Positions 41,045 to 53,667 of a stretch of 64,000 nt of DNA are shown here, in pieces (position 1 is the stretch's first letter; every line of letters begins with the position of its first letter). The notes below the pieces were generated by a model. That model had not been told where the DNA came from, searched no databases, and saw only the letters and a list, made by a program, of their open reading frames with translations. A program made the position numbers and the translations under genes. Origin of the DNA: Eledone cirrhosa (lineage: Eukaryota); NCBI GenBank assembly GCA_964016885.1, contig OZ024740.1, positions 283,154,001 to 283,218,000 on the forward strand, read 5' to 3'.

Positions 41045-41201
41045 AACAAAGGAATTGTGGTAAGGAACCAGATGGACCATAACGCACCAGAGTACTCAAT
41101 ACTTAGGGTAGTAGAGTGGGAAATAGGAAAAAGTATGACCCCGACGGCAGAGCTCAAGCCGTCGAAACGGCTTGAACTCTGCCGTCGGGGTCATACTTTT
41201 T

Positions 41202-41206
<5 letters not shown>
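41045..41206 (-). mobile_element. Fold-back family X, copy 2
   Basis: Arms 41123-41162 and 41167-41206. Confidence 0.85.
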
Positions 41207-41264
<58 letters not shown>

Positions 41265-41766
41265 TTCGTTTTTTAATTTGTTTAGCAAGATTCTTTATCT
41301 GAAAATGTGTGTTGAAACCGATATTGTTATGCTTTGAGAGGGTCATATTGCCAATAAGAATGATCAAATGGGCAAATTAGAGAACATACAAATAAAAATA
41401 GAATCTACACACAGAAAAGACGCAATGTTTAGACAAATCACAGAAGCAATAAACATAAATGAACTCCAACCAAAATAAAATAGAAAACATGAATTGAATA
41501 GCAACATCACAACTTACAATTAAGGGCAAAATGAAAACACACACAGACATAGAACAAACAACCAACCAGTAACATGTAAATAAACAAATAAATAAACAAA
41601 TAAAAACACACACAGACACCCGGGTGTAACACATGCGCAAACTAAGCATACAGCACACACAAAACAAGATGGCGTAGAACAGAACAAAGGAGAGGCACAA
41701 AACAAAGAAAAGAATCCCCAGTTACTGCGTGTGTTTCTTATTGGCAACATGACCCTCCCAAAGCAT

Positions 41767-41774
<8 letters not shown>
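41265..41774 (+). mobile_element. Second copy of the 16171 family with an inverted 3' segment at its 5' end and the hammerhead deleted
   Basis: 41265-41360 is the reverse complement of 16557-16655; 41661-41727 matches 16338-16404, then jumps to the 16550 sequence. Confidence 0.78.
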
Positions 41775-41818
<44 letters not shown>

Positions 41819-41825
41819 ATATATA

Positions 41826-41965
41826 AGAAAAGATTCAGGACCCCGACGGCCGATCTCCGGCCGTTTCGACAGCCGAGCTCCGGCCGTTTCGACAGCCGTA
41901 GAGGTCCCGAATCTTTTCATATTACCCACTCTACTCCACCTGGTATCTTACCACACCCTTTGTGT
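41826..41965 (+). mobile_element. Fold-back family X, diverged copy 3
   Basis: TATTACCCACTCTACT and CTTACCACA shared; AAAGATTCAGGACC..GGTCCCGAATCTTT fold-back. Confidence 0.7.
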
Positions 41966-42479
41966 GTCTCCATTGTGTTAATGTAACACAATTGAGATAT
42001 ACACTCATATTTACAGAATATTTCTTTTGTCCCTAAAAAGAATTTTTTTCTATGTGAAAAAACACACCAAGCAACAGTGCTGCTGCTACTATCATGACTA
42101 CAATTCTCCTATATAGACCACAAGAGTTCATTTTCCAGTCTCAAGGATGATGAAAAGAACTTACCTCAACATTTAATTTTAAATCTTTAATTTTTTACTT
42201 TTTAATTCTTATTAATTCTTCTTAATTGTAATATTCAACATTTGATAACGGTTATATTTTATATACTTTATATACATTATAAACCACTTTTTTAAAAAGA
42301 ATTGGCCGTTTCATTTTTTCAATAATATCACTTTGACCAATAAAAGAAAGGAAAAAAAAAGAAAAACAGACTCGTAAATCTATTTTCCGTGCTATTTCCA
42401 ATTTCACCTTTTCTCTATAACCACTGTTTTGTATAGAAGCTTACTTCCCTTTTCATATGTATACAAAAAAATATATATA

Positions 42480-42713
42480 TAGGAAAAGGTATGACCCAGA
42501 CGGCAGAGCTCAAGCAGTTTCGACGGCTACTTCTGGACTAAATTAGAATTTTTAGCCTGGTAAAAAATTCTAATTTAGTCCAGAAATAGCCGTCGAAACG
42601 GCTTGAGCTCTGCCGTCGGGGTCATACCTTTTCTTATTACCCACTCTACTACCCTAAGTATTGGATACTCTGGTGCGTTATGGTCCATCCGGTTCCTTAG
42701 CACAATTCCTTCG

Positions 42714-42716
<3 letters not shown>
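42480..42716 (+). mobile_element. Fold-back family X, copy 4
   Basis: Arms 42480-42554 and 42561-42636, then the shared tail to (TA)n. Confidence 0.85.
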
Positions 42717-42783
<67 letters not shown>

Positions 42784-42900
42784 GTGAGTTTTTTTTTACA
42801 AAATGAAAAATAACCGAGGTGTCCTACACGAGTAAAAGTATAAAGAAAAAAAGAAGAAATCGAAAATGCAACTGGAGTCTTATTTAAAAAAATATATATA

Positions 42901-43002
42901 TATATTTATTTGGTTCCTTTACCGGTTTCGCAGTTCTTCTGCTTTTCATCTCAGCTCTACTTTTGTAAAGCAGAAGAACTGCGAAACCGGTAAAGGAACC
43001 AA

Positions 43003-43012
<10 letters not shown>
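42901..43012. repeat. Perfect 45-bp-arm palindrome between (TA)n tracts
   Basis: 42901-42945 is the reverse complement of 42967-43011. Confidence 0.92.
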
Positions 43013-43039
<27 letters not shown>

Positions 43040-43043
<4 letters not shown>

Positions 43044-43290
43044 CTGCAACTTTCATCCAATGATATAGACCAGTTCTTCTTCTGGGATAAATGCATTCAG
43101 GTTCAGAGAGTGGGATTGGCCCCGTTCAAAGCCTTTCCCCGTTGAACAAAATCTTGAAGCACATCGCTTCATATGTGCCATTTTCACGATTCTGGCCATA
43201 GTATTGCTGGCCATAGGCAGCACTAACATCACGTCCGTGATGCTCATGCATAGATATCAAGACTTGGCATTACTTGAAATCGAGTTGCAG
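43040..43290 (-). pseudogene. Possible decayed piggyBac-like transposase fragment
   Basis: Only a short ISLDES motif preceded, in another frame, by FIPEEEL; weak. Confidence 0.25.
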
Positions 43291-43299
43291 CCATCATCT

Positions 43300-43360
<61 letters not shown>

Positions 43361-43918
43361 GTACATGCGCATGTATGTATATATGTATATACGTGCCCGT
43401 GTATGTATGCATGTAGGTATGTAAGTATGTATGAATGTATGTATGTATGTGGATTACGCATGTATGCTGCATTGGCATGCATGTCTGTCTGTCTGTCTGT
43501 CTGCATATATATATATGTATGTATGTTTGTATGTATGTATGATTTTTTGTACATCAATAATCCTATTACATTAGAAACTTTTCCATTTTACAACTAATTT
43601 GAAATTTAAATTCTCTGAATTTAATCGATTCTCTTTGAAAATACCAAATTAAGAATTTCTATCACTAAAAATCTAAATGTGTGTGTCAGAGTACCAAAGA
43701 TTAGATAAGGTGATTGACTGCATTTGGTTTCACTTCGATAACAAAATTTCATATATCAGTTACGGAATACGACGTTATTCCACTTGATTTGTGATGCTCT
43801 ACCTGTCTTGTATCTATTTTTTCGTTTTCTGGTTACAACTTACACCTACTTAGTTTTAGCCTATCTCTAATGAGAATGTATCTTGGGAGTTTTAATGATA
43901 GGGTCACCTTCTCTCTTA

Positions 43919-43985
<67 letters not shown>

Positions 43986-43992
<7 letters not shown>

Positions 43993-44676
43993 CAATATGT
44001 AGAAAATATAACACCCTAGAGAGAGAGATAGTGCGCCATCCGTCAAACAGGGAAAAACCACCAGTGTATGGAATCTATAGCCCATGGAAGGCAGAGTAGA
44101 CACACAATAATTAAAAGTATAAATTAAAGTGTAAATAACATACCTCGATAAATATCTAACACACACGTACAAATCCCAAAAGATCTGTTTCCCCAAATAG
44201 GTTGTTGACAGACATGATTAGCCCATTGTTCATCAGCGTGTGTAAGGCTATACATTTCAGACAACACTAAAAGAATCTAAAGCGACGGTCCAGCCACACG
44301 TGGGAGAGAGAATTCACAGCGTGCCTAGGGCAGTAACCAGCGGTCTCTGAGGGACGAGCTGCTAGAAAAGGCAGCCCAAACCACTCAGAGAAGTGTGCTC
44401 AACCAAACAGAGAGAGAGGAAAGACTCTTATAAGGATGTATGTTATTTACACTTTAATTTATACTTTTAATTATTGTGTGTCTACTCTGCCTTCCATGGG
44501 CTATAGATTCCATACACTGGTGGTTTTTCCCGGTTTGACTGATGGCGCACTATCTCTCTCTCTCTCTAGTGTGTTATCTTTTCTACATATTGTATTATAA
44601 AGGGCTCGGGATTCTTTCTCCTTTGAGCACATTACTCACAGGGAATAGCGAGAGTCTATGGCTCCGTTAATTTATC

Positions 44677-44677
<1 letters not shown>
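43986..44677 (-). mobile_element. Non-coding inverted-repeat element with a hammerhead in the spacer
   Basis: 43986-44143 is the reverse complement of 44438-44599; (TA)n flanks. Confidence 0.8.
44161..44243 (-). ncRNA. Type I hammerhead ribozyme motif
   Basis: Reverse complement: ACACACG CTGATGA [imperfect stem II] GAAA CAGATCT-TTTG-GGATTTG TA CGTGTGT; 7-bp stem I, long stem III, GUA site. Confidence 0.82.
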
Positions 44678-44716
<39 letters not shown>

Positions 44717-44810
44717 ATAATAATAAATTTGAAGACTAAAATCCAAAGAAGGCTCGATAAGGGTGAAAGCAGCGATTCTTTGCTTAAACTTTAATCTGTT
44801 ATTTTAATAA

Positions 44811-44951
<141 letters not shown>

Positions 44952-44954
44952 TAA

Positions 44955-45754
44955 ACAAACATAAATTATCGAGATTCGCATTTCGGCCCACGAAATAACG
45001 AAAAACAACCTCCGAGATGTGCGGCAAGTGCTCAATGATTCAGATGAACCAGAGCTATAACAAACGTTAAAGGCCAAACACACTGAGACGATGGTTAAAC
45101 AATCATTCGCATAGCCAAAAAAAGCGATCAAGTAATTCGGGTATTGAAAATTTACCCGGACCCCTGAAAGGTTGGTAAAATCCAGTATATGGGTTTTTGC
45201 GGCTCCTAAATAATGTCAGGCTTCTGGTAAGATGATTGAACAAGGAAGCCACTTTATCAACAGGTTTTTGTTCAATGTTAATACAAGGACTGACTATTGT
45301 TGACCCCACGTGGGCATCGGCAAGGGAGGCAGCCCCTATATCAGGCGAATGGATTCAGTTGTGTATATTTTTGCAAGAATGCAAAAACATCACAAAGCGA
45401 ATAGAGTTCTCAACAGAAGGGTTACAATTAACATAAGCTATTCATCAGTCAATAGAATCAACTAAAACATCAAGAACATTTACTGGTCAATAGCTAGAGT
45501 CTGGAGAATAATACAAACATAAATTATCGAGATTCGCATTTCGGCCCACGAAATAACAAAAAACAACCTCCGAGATGTGCGGCAAGTGCTCAATGATTCA
45601 GATGAACCAGAGCTATAACAAACGTTAAAGGCCAAACACACTGAGACGATGGTTAAACAATCATTCGCATAGCCCAAATAAATGATTAAGTAATTCGGGT
45701 ATTGAAAATTTACCCGGACCTCTGGAAGGTTGGTAAAATCCAGTATATGGGTTT
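44955..45754. repeat. 242-bp direct repeats (558-bp period) around a non-coding spacer
   Basis: 44955-45196 matches 45513-45754. Confidence 0.9.
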
Positions 45755-45759
45755 CGTAT

Positions 45760-45800
45760 GTGTGTGTTGGTGTGTGTGTGCATATGCATATATGAATTTT

Positions 45801-45852
<52 letters not shown>

Positions 45853-45882
45853 CATATATGCACACACACACCAACACACACA
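45760..45882. repeat. Inverted duplication centred on (TA)n
   Basis: GTGTGTGTTGGTGTGTGTGTG..GCATATATGAATTTTATA versus TATAAAATTCATATATGCACACACACACCAACACACAC. Confidence 0.85.
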
Positions 45883-45906
45883 CACCAACAGCCCACCCCC
45901 AGCCCC

Positions 45907-45941
<35 letters not shown>

Positions 45942-45976
45942 GTACATATATATATGTGTGTGTGTACATAGGTGTA

Positions 45977-46054
<78 letters not shown>

Positions 46055-46158
46055 TATATATATATATATACACATATATCTGTATATATATATACACATA
46101 TATATATATACACATATATCTGTATATATATACACACACATATATATACACATATATA

Positions 46159-46189
<31 letters not shown>

Positions 46190-47719
46190 GCATGTGTTTG
46201 TGTGTCTGATTTTTTTTTTTATTTACTAAGTTTACTGATGAGGATGTTAGATTCTCCGTTGGTTAGGTGATGAGCAAATGTTCGTTTGATCAACTGAGCG
46301 TCCAAATATAGAATTGAAGTGTAAGTGGTTAGGCGTTCAACAAACCTGTATACCCTTAATTTCATTCGCAAACCGCATCCCCATGACACAATATGTGACA
46401 TGAATTACCAGCACAACCGAACTGACAGGCCTGTATACAGAACCCGAAGCTATGTAAAGGCACTTACCCAAGATACCACGCAGTAGGATAGATGTAGGGC
46501 CTTAAGGTTTCGAAGTGTTTACATGATTAATAATTTACTAATCGAAATAGTTGTCACAATTACGATACATATGGGATTTCGTCTATCCAGTTTAAACTTC
46601 TTGTAATAATCGATTTGAAACCAATGTTCGTGTACAAATTATCGTCACAAGAATTGAATTTAGTTGGGATGGTCCCTCCTCTATACAAACAAGGTATTGA
46701 CATCTGTCTGCACATACAGTATTAATTAAGTATCTATGAGACATTCAGGTCTTTCTGACCTTAGTGTCTCAGAGGGAAAAAAACGTCTGCCGGTGTTAAT
46801 TCTGAGATGCATGTGCGCAACTCTCATACAATCAGTATGTAAAATCTTATCTGTGTAGCTATATTTAGATTTAGTGTACATAGACATATTGCATATGGGT
46901 GAATATGCACTTTTATTTTGTATCACATCGTGTTTGTGTTATCGCTAAATAATATTTATTAACTGAAATATTTGTTATGAAATACCTCAATAATAACTTT
47001 ACAGACGCATTGAAAGTTTCTCCCTGTAGAATTGATTAGGAATTCATTATTTCCTAAATTTTATTGAAATATCTCGCGACTATACAAATCCCACAGTGAA
47101 CATAATTAAACCAAACCCAAATATCAGATTGCAAATATCAAAATTTTTTCTGTTTGCAGTTCAAAGTATGATTAATCATCGAACTTGATCCAGTTCTTGA
47201 GCAAATTGATTTTCTTATTGACCTTTGCTGGTATTTCTAGTAGCCATCTTAACATTTGCCATGGGAGCGCCATTTTCAAAGAGGTTCAGCAAGGCATACG
47301 ATACACGAAAGGTTCTTCGCAGCTAGATAGCAATATTTATTTCATTTATTTTGCATTTTCTGTATAGTTATTCTAGTTACTTACTTAGTAAATCGCACAA
47401 ATAAATGAAAAACACAAAATATTTAAGTAACCTAAACTGTTCTAACATTGATTCTTAACAAAAGAGGTGGAGAGAGATTTTTCTGGATACTTAACTATAT
47501 ATACTCATGTACGCACGCTATGCACGCGCGTAGATGTATGTGCATACATGCACGTGCTCGCATGTACGTGCACATTGAGGTACACCCACGCGCGTATTTC
47601 CACAGAGGCACATGGACACACACCCACGCATATGTATATATGTTTATATGTATGTATTACATCGTTTTACCTTACGAATGGTAAATGAACTAATACCACA
47701 ATCCTATCCTAAACTCAGT

Positions 47720-48420
47720 CGTCTAGTGGAACGTTCCACTGATTCCACACGTGTCCATTCGCCTTGGTAATTCACGAGGGTATTGAGCTCCTCTACTGTG
47801 TCTGTCTCTGTTTGTTCTAACAGATTGTCCACATAGGTGATTTTTCTCCTTCCCCCTATATGTTCTTCTCTCACTCCGCTGCCAGAGCACTAAATTGTTT
47901 GCCAACTCATCATTATGCCTGATGCAGTGACCTGTGAGTCACACCCTTCTTTGTTGAACTTTTAATGAAACTTTTAGAAGATCATCGTGTTATCCACTTG
48001 AGCGCTTTTCTTACTGAGAAGTGTTTTCCAAGAAATCTGGGAACAGGACTCTAAATATTTATAGTTATCAACAACTTTCAACGTTTCTCCAATATCTACC
48101 ACGATATCAACAGGTGCATCATGATCTTTCCCATTACAATGCAATCCAAGCTTTGCTGGCTTCCAGTTTAATTTGTTTAGCATCTCTTGAGCCTGATCTT
48201 TCTTTTCATTTAGAAGAGTCAAGTCATCTGCAACGTCTAGATCTGTAACTGTAATTACATCATGTCTTCTGTTTCCTTGTCTGTGTATAGTGAAGCAAAG
48301 CTCTACTTATCTATCATCGTATGTTTTACTAATCACCTACCACAAAACAATTGTAAAAAGAAAGGGGCTAGAGTGACGACTTGCAGGAACCTGCTATTAT
48401 TTCAAATGATTTCTTGAAGT
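47720..48420 (-). pseudogene. Decayed RTE-clade RT fragment
   Basis: Reverse translation gives GSCK/LQ..TLAPF near 48375, VTDLDVADDLTL near 48240 and VDNYKYL. Confidence 0.65.
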
Positions 48421-48836
48421 CTACATAGATAATTATGGCTTTTGTGTTGTGACTCTTCACACCTCCAATCAATCTTTGCAGCCCTAACACGTTTTGAAGC
48501 GTCTTGGTCTGAAACCTTTTTTATTTGGGCAGAGAAGTTCATCAATATTGGGTTGGATCTTATAAAATATCATCTTATATACTTTCTTTGTAACAATAGA
48601 CGATATCACAATACATACTATAATCCATCCAAGGGAAAAAGCTTTACGATGCCACCAAAACACTATTTATAGAACCTGAGAGAACGATCGGAGAGCGTAA
48701 TAAAATTATAGAGTGAAATGTAAACCATGCATCCCTGATAAAAGCACAAAAATCAGATCTGCACACGGGGTATTTGGCCTCAAATGCAACATTAATATCC
48801 TCGCAAATTCAAATAACATATTGCTACAAGGAGACA

Positions 48837-49480
48837 AAATCGAAAATGTCTACGATTTAGCTAGATATACAGTAAATTACTAATAAGCAATATAAAGAAG
48901 CAAGCCTAGATATATACTATTGAATCGAAGACAAGGTAATCTCTCTAACAAAATATTAAATTAAGCAAAGAGGGTAGAACGTCTCAAACCACGCAAAGTA
49001 AATGTAATATTCACAGCCTACTGAATGTGTAGTCCACATTAACCGAACAAATATTGGACTAGGTGTAATCTACAAACGTATTTTAGATTGTATAAACAGC
49101 AAAAATTGAATTCCAACTTAGAACAATTTAAACGCACTGTTTGACAACAGTAAAGGTAAATCGAAAATGTCTACGATTTAGCTAGATATACAGTAAATTA
49201 CTAATAAGCAATATAAAAAAGCAAGCCTAGATATATACTATTGAATCGAAGACAAGGTAATCTCTCTAACAAAATATTAAATAAAGCAGAAAGGGTAGAA
49301 TGTCTCAAACCACGCAAAGTAAATGTAATATTCACAGCCTACTGAATGTGTAGTCCACATTAACCGAACAAATATTGGACTAGGTGTAATCAACAAACGT
49401 ATTTTAGATTGTATAAACAGCAAAAATTGAATTCCAACTTAGAACAATTTAAACGCACTGTTTGACAACAGTAAAGGTAA
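48837..49480. repeat. Recent tandem duplication, 321-bp unit x2
   Basis: CGAAAATGTCTACGATTTAG at 48841 and 49162, with few mismatches. Confidence 0.95.
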
Positions 49481-49848
49481 CTCCAGCTGATTCATTTCTA
49501 AATTCCTTCTGAAAATTTAACAAAATAGAAAATCAAGCAAAACTACAACAGATATCGGGTATGAATAATATAATGAATGCAAAGAATTCATTATTATTTT
49601 ATGTCAATTTCTTATCGGTTAAGAGATGGAAATAAACATTCCATTGAATCCCTGGGTAGATATGACGGAGCAGAAATGTTTGAATTGGTTTATACAATTT
49701 ACACATACTGAAAACAGAACAAAATATACCAACAAAGGATATTGGAAAGACGTCAGTATAGGGTGTTTCAATAAATATAGTATTAGCTATATCTAAAGTA
49801 TCCAAAGATTAATTCTACGAAGTTTCGCAATTTATTTACATGCTGTGA

Positions 49849-49879
<31 letters not shown>

Positions 49880-49891
49880 GTTATTGTTATT

Positions 49892-52800
49892 CCTTGAATC
49901 TCAGTCATTGATGTTGGTTAACTGGAAAGTCCGTTGGATTGAATATCAAGCCACTACCTGCAGCCTCAGATATTCAGGACGTATCGGAGGGTCCTTGCTG
50001 TTCCAAGCAAGCATGCCTTTTGAAGCGTTCCAAAAAGCGTGAAGGGGCCGATTTTCTTTAACCATCCCTGGAAACCTTTGGAGATGGTCCCCAGTGCGCC
50101 TATGACAATCGGGATCACTTTGACTTCATGGCAGTTCCAAATCCTTTTCACCTCCCACTTTAGGTCCTGGTATCGGTTAATTTTCTCCCTCTCCTTCTCT
50201 TGCCCTCTCGTGTCGAACGGGCAGGCCACATCCACAATCAGGCACGATCTTTTTTCTTTGTCCACAACCACAAGGTCAGGTCTATTGTGTTCCAGTTTTT
50301 TGTCCGTCTGTATCCTAAAATCCCACAGCACCTTCACCTGACTGTTCTCCATCACCGCCTCTGGCCTATGCTCATACCATTTCTCAGAATGTGGTAGATT
50401 GTTTACTTTGCACAGGTGCCAGTGGATCACCCTGCCCATCACATCGTGTCTCCAGCCCTTATAGTGGGTCTGGGCTAGGTGTTTACACTCGGACACAATG
50501 TGAGCCACAGTCTCCTCTCTCTCTCCACAGATCCTGCACAGTGGGCTAGCCTCCTCCTTGTAGATATGGTGCTTCAACCACTTCGTTTTGAGGGCCTGCT
50601 CCTGCGCAGCCATTAGCATTCCTTCTGTAGCCTTTTTGAGGTCTCCTCTTCTCAACCAGTTCCATGTCTGTGGATCTCTAAATTCAGTTTTCTCAAAGAA
50701 GGTACTATGAAGGGATTTTCCCTTAAGGCTGCTCTTCCTCCTTGATGTTATTTCCTCCTTGGATATCCCCTGGCCTACTGTCCCCTCCTTCAGTACAGCT
50801 CTGAGCATTGGCTCCTTACTATAGGTCACGTATTTGTATAGGTTGTTTTTCTCCATCTGAACACAGTCCTCTATGCTGATAAGACCTCTTCCACCCTCAG
50901 ATCTCCTTAGGTAGATTCTATCGACATCACTCCTCTTGTGGAACATGTTGTAGATAGTCAATAGCTTCCTAGTCTTCCTATCCATTTCTTTTTGTTCAGC
51001 AACATTCCATCTCAGAATTCCCGCACTGTACCTAATAATAGACACAGCTCGGGAATTTACTGCGCTTATGGCATTTCTGCTGTTCAGATGTGACTTCAAT
51101 ACGCTCCTTACTCTCCGAATGTATTCAGTTCTTAACAATTCCTTCATTTTTTTGTTCTTTATGCCATCAGCCTCCAGAACGCCCAAATACTTGTATCCTT
51201 CCTCAGAGTCAATTTCCTTTATCATCTCACCTGTTGGTATCTGGATCCCGTTACTTCTGCTCAAACTACCCCTCTTCATCACAATGACTCCACATTTACC
51301 AATACCAAACTGCATACATATATCACTGCTGAAAATACGGACAGTGTCAACAAGCACATCCAACTCCTTCTCACTTTTCCCGAAGAGCTTAAGATCGTCC
51401 ATGAAGAGGAGGTGATTGATGGTAAGCTCTCCCCTTCCCAACTTGTATCCTGCTCTCACTTTTCGCAGCATAATGGTCAAGGGCATCAGGGCAAGGACAA
51501 ACAACAGAGGGGACAGGCTATCTCCCTGGAAGATACCTCTCTTGATCTTCACGCTTCCCAAGGATACTCCAGTTGATGTCAACTCTGTCTCCCAGGACCC
51601 CATACTCCTGCCCAGCAACTGTCTGATGTTATCTGCCACCCTGAAGATCTCCAGGCTTTTGGTGATCCAGGAATGAGGCACCATGTCAAATGCCTTTCTG
51701 TAGTCTATCCATCCCATGGCAAGATCAGTGTGTCTCCTCCTGCAATTCCCCATTACCATCTTATCAATAAGCAACTGGTCCTTTGTACCACGTGACTTCT
51801 TTCGGCATCCTTTCTGTTCGTCCGGTAACAAGTTGTTTGTGTGGAGGTGATGGTAGATTTCCTCAGACACAATGCTCGTCAACAGTTTCCACATTACGGG
51901 CAGACATGTGATAGGTCTATAGTTGGTAACATCATTACCCTTGATTCGGTCTTTCATTATCAGAACTGTGGTACCTTTTGTCAACCACTCTGGCACCTCA
52001 CCCGACACCAAGCAGTCATTGAACATGGCCGTCAGCTTCGGGTGGAGGGATGTTAAATGTTTAATCCAATACCCCTGCACACCATCTGGGCCTGGTGATT
52101 TCCAGTTGGTTAGTTTTTTGGCTTGCCCCTTAAGAGTTTCAACTGTGATACTCAAATCAGTCTGTTGTTGTGCCTGCTCACCGATCTCCCTCTGTACTGT
52201 CTCAATCCACCCTGCCTGGGAATTGTGTCTAACATCCTGCTCCCATATTCCTCTCCAGAATGTTTTAGCTTGTTCCGCCCCAGGGATCAAGTCGTTGCCT
52301 CTTTCTTTCCCCTCAAGCTGTCCAAACAGCATCTTCTGGTTGTTGTCGAACATGCGGTTCTGTTTATACTGACTGACTCTGTTCTCGTATCGCCTGATTT
52401 TGGCACTCTTTGCTACAATGCGTTGCTTCAATTCCTCTATGATAATATTTAGCTTTTTACTCCTAGTTTTGTATTTTATTTCCAGTCTATTTTTAGTGCC
52501 TATGTTTTTTAGTGTCCCATTCAGTAGTGACTCAAGCTTTCCTATGTCATTTCTCATTTCCCCGATTTGCCCACTCAGTCGCTTCTTCCACCACGGCTCT
52601 GCTCTTTCTTGTCTGTTGTTTCCTCTCGCTTTTATACCAAGTAGTTTCCTCACCGTATTTGTTGTTGCTTTGAGGATATTGTTGCACTGGTGAAGACTCC
52701 TCGCCTCAAGGTATGGGATGACTTTGTTTACCTTAGCTGTTGTTTCTTTTAACTTTTTCCTGTCTACAAATCTTAGGTCCATAGGTCTCCCACTATCATT

Positions 52801-53667
52801 GTTCAACTCATCTACCACTAAATTTAGGATGTCAACCGAATCTTGTCCTAGCCCGTCAGCATTCATCTCCTCAGTGGCCGTATCTCTGTTCCAGGTATTA
52901 TTTATCTCAGTATTCAGATCATTGTCTGCTTCGGGTGGTTCCTCCGTTCTCAGGACCTCCTCACCTTCATTTCCCGCCGGCTCGCTTGTCTGGCATACTA
53001 CACCCGCCATCTCCAAGCAACTCTCTCTGCTCAGTTCCTCCAGTTCCAGCTCGCTTATACACCCATTAGTTCTTATTACCCGAGCCTGCCCGGCCAATTT
53101 TTGTTCATCTAATTTAAATAAACCAATCTCGTTCCAGATGTTATGCATCCGTCTCCTGTAGCCCCTCTCCTTGGGGTTACTTTTCAGGTAACATTGCATA
53201 ACAGTTCTATTCAATTATTTCGTCCAGTTGGTTCTGGCCCCTTTCCTTCTTCTTCTTCCTCCAACATCAGCAGTATTTGGTTGACAGTCAGGTTCCTGCT
53301 GCTGAGCCAGGGGGCACCTGTTGGGTGAGAGTCTGTCACATGACGTTCTAGTCTCCATTTCACCGTTATTCGAACTGTTTATGTTCGATATTTAAACACT
53401 CTTATCGAGGATTGGCGAATGTATGTTTACATAGCCATCTGTGGATCCGCCATCCCACTTGGCCCTTGTGTGGCATTATCACCACGCTGTATACGAACAC
53501 ACATAAACAAACAAACACACGGGCAGAAAGGGCCCCAAAAATGAATAAGCATAAGTTTCATTGTAATGTAGTATTCGAATGTCTGACTTAGTTTTTGTTT
53601 TTTAAGTTTTACTTTTTCCCCCCTCTTCTCTGTCCGTCCGCCTGCTTCTCTCTTCATTCTTATTTTC

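Noticed and set aside
41299-41330. CTGAAAA..GAAACCGATA as a second hammerhead in the 16171 family tail
   Set aside because: Core mismatch and no stem I or stem II pairing.
45290-45360. GGCGAATGG resembling an HDV ribozyme 3' end
   Set aside because: No matching P2 or P3 pairing was found.
47140-47330. Possible host exon after TTTTTTCTGTTTGCAG
   Set aside because: No convincing donor, open frame or recognisable protein; cannot be supported without transcripts.
50039-53161. Plus-strand ORFs over the Dong element and minus-strand ORFs over the Tx1 copies
   Set aside because: Antisense shadows of real coding sequence.
53420-53540. HDV-like ribozyme in the Dong leader
   Set aside because: A 7-bp G-initiated helix exists, but I could not place the P3/L3, P1.1 or J4/2 elements.
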